NCBI GenBank assembly: GCA_963789735.1
Contig: CAWBLV010000006.1
Coordinates: forward strand, 967,615 to 1,031,614
Source: Candidatus Dormiibacterota bacterium
GTDB lineage: Bacteria; Chloroflexota; Dormibacteria; Aeolococcales; Aeolococcaceae
Reading direction: 5' to 3'
Length of the DNA stretch: 64,000 nt
Shown here: positions 63,201 to 64,000 of the stretch, piece after piece
Layout: each line of letters begins with the position of its first letter
Numbering within the stretch: the stretch's first letter is position 1
Translations under genes and position numbers: made by a program
Notes under the pieces: generated by a model
What the model saw: the letters and a program-made list of their open reading frames with translations, nothing else
Told to the model about the DNA's origin: nothing
The model's database searches: none

Positions 63201-64000
63201 ACGGCTCGCATGTGCCACTCGTCGCGGCGTTGTTGGAGTCGCCCGAATAGTCGGCGAGGAAGCTGTACGAACCCGCGCCGAGCGGACCTGTCGTGGCGGA
63301 GTCCGGGACGAGCCCCGCGCTCATGGTCACCACATGTGTCGCCGCTGCAGCGCCCGTGCAGGTGCCGTTTGTGAAAAAGCTGTACGTCACCGTGCCGGTG
63401 GGGGTGCCTGCGCCAGAAACCGTCGCTGTGTCATCGGCGGATGCGTTTGCAACCTCGGTCCCGTCCCACGGTGTGCCGCGACCTGTGTCGTTGACCACCG
63501 TCGCTACGGAGGCGGGTGGCACCGCGACGGTCTCGGACTCCGAGCATGCATTCGTCGATGGATCGTCGAGCGAATCCCCAGAGTACGAAGCGTTCCAGAA
63601 GCTGGTGCCGAGCGCGGCGAGGCTCACTGGATTCGAGTCAGGAACCACACCGTCAGTGACGGTCACGGTTCCAGCGTCGGCGACGAGAGTCGAGCAGGTG
63701 TCGTCGGAGTAGACGCCGTATGTCACCGTCCCGCCGGCCGTCGCGGTGTTCGCTCCGGGGAGGGTGGCCGAGTTCGGTCACCGCCGTATTCGGTGGCACG
63801 GTGATCGTCGTTCCCGTCGTTCCGCCACCGCTCAACGAGGTGAGGAGTGTGGTGGGCGAGATTGGTTGGCCATTGTCGACGTTGAAGATGTAGCGACCCA
63901 GGACCGGTGATCCAGACGCTGGAATGCTCGTCGCCGTGTCGCTGTTCAGTTCGTTGTAGATCAGACCCGTGGTGGTATTGGTGTCCATGAGCGCGCCGCT
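60292..64000 (-). CDS. Giant Ig-repeat cell-surface protein with VPVTG anchor (5' part outside window; frameshift near 63760)
   Basis: DTATV..PTGTVTY.FFTNGTC repeats, He_PIG-like LP.GVTF.DNG.GTATL.GTP repeats and Big_3 repeats; VPVTG + TM + RRRRRL. Confidence 0.85.

Overview
High-GC bacterial chromosomal window with a soil Terrabacteria-like gene content. The VPVTG-anchored Ig proteins, ECF41/56 sigma factors and MazEF9-like module would fit Dormibacterota, Chloroflexota or Actinomycetota, but that is inference only. At least 15 genes are broken by single-base indels, most simply explained as long-read consensus errors. Main blocks: (1) 0.6-22 kb: secreted phosphoesterase, Mo-oxidoreductase with cytochrome b, two ECF sigmas, MazEF and PIN toxin-antitoxin pairs, AKR/TetR, oligopeptidase B, stand-alone LigD polymerase, LipJ-like cyclase, TetR/DUF4386 and LuxR/hemerythrin; (2) 22.4-30.4 kb: a sugar-catabolism operon with class II aldolase, TPP E1 alpha/beta, an E2 reduced to lipoyl+PSBD, RhaD-like aldolase-SDR, SorC regulator, PfkB kinase and lyxose-isomerase-like cupin; (3) 30.4-40.6 kb: a compositionally distinct defence island (GHKL/MORC ATPase, PD-(D/E)XK DUF4420-like, Z1, tandem winged-helix protein without HNH; divergent C5 methyltransferase + Vsr; K+ channel; DUF4236-TPR); (4) 43-47.5 kb: a subtilase with a 10x Trp pentapeptide tail followed by a membrane GAF-GGDEF-EAL protein; (5) a degraded antitoxin/Doc module missed by the ORF track, hydrolase, iolB and transaldolase; (6) 50.8-64 kb: two giant Ig-repeat surface proteins flanking a Cys-repeat lipoprotein, HAMP kinase, receiver and receiver-adenylate cyclase. 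No rRNA, tRNA, CRISPR array, integrase or IS was recognised. All calls come from motif reading; no database searches were run.
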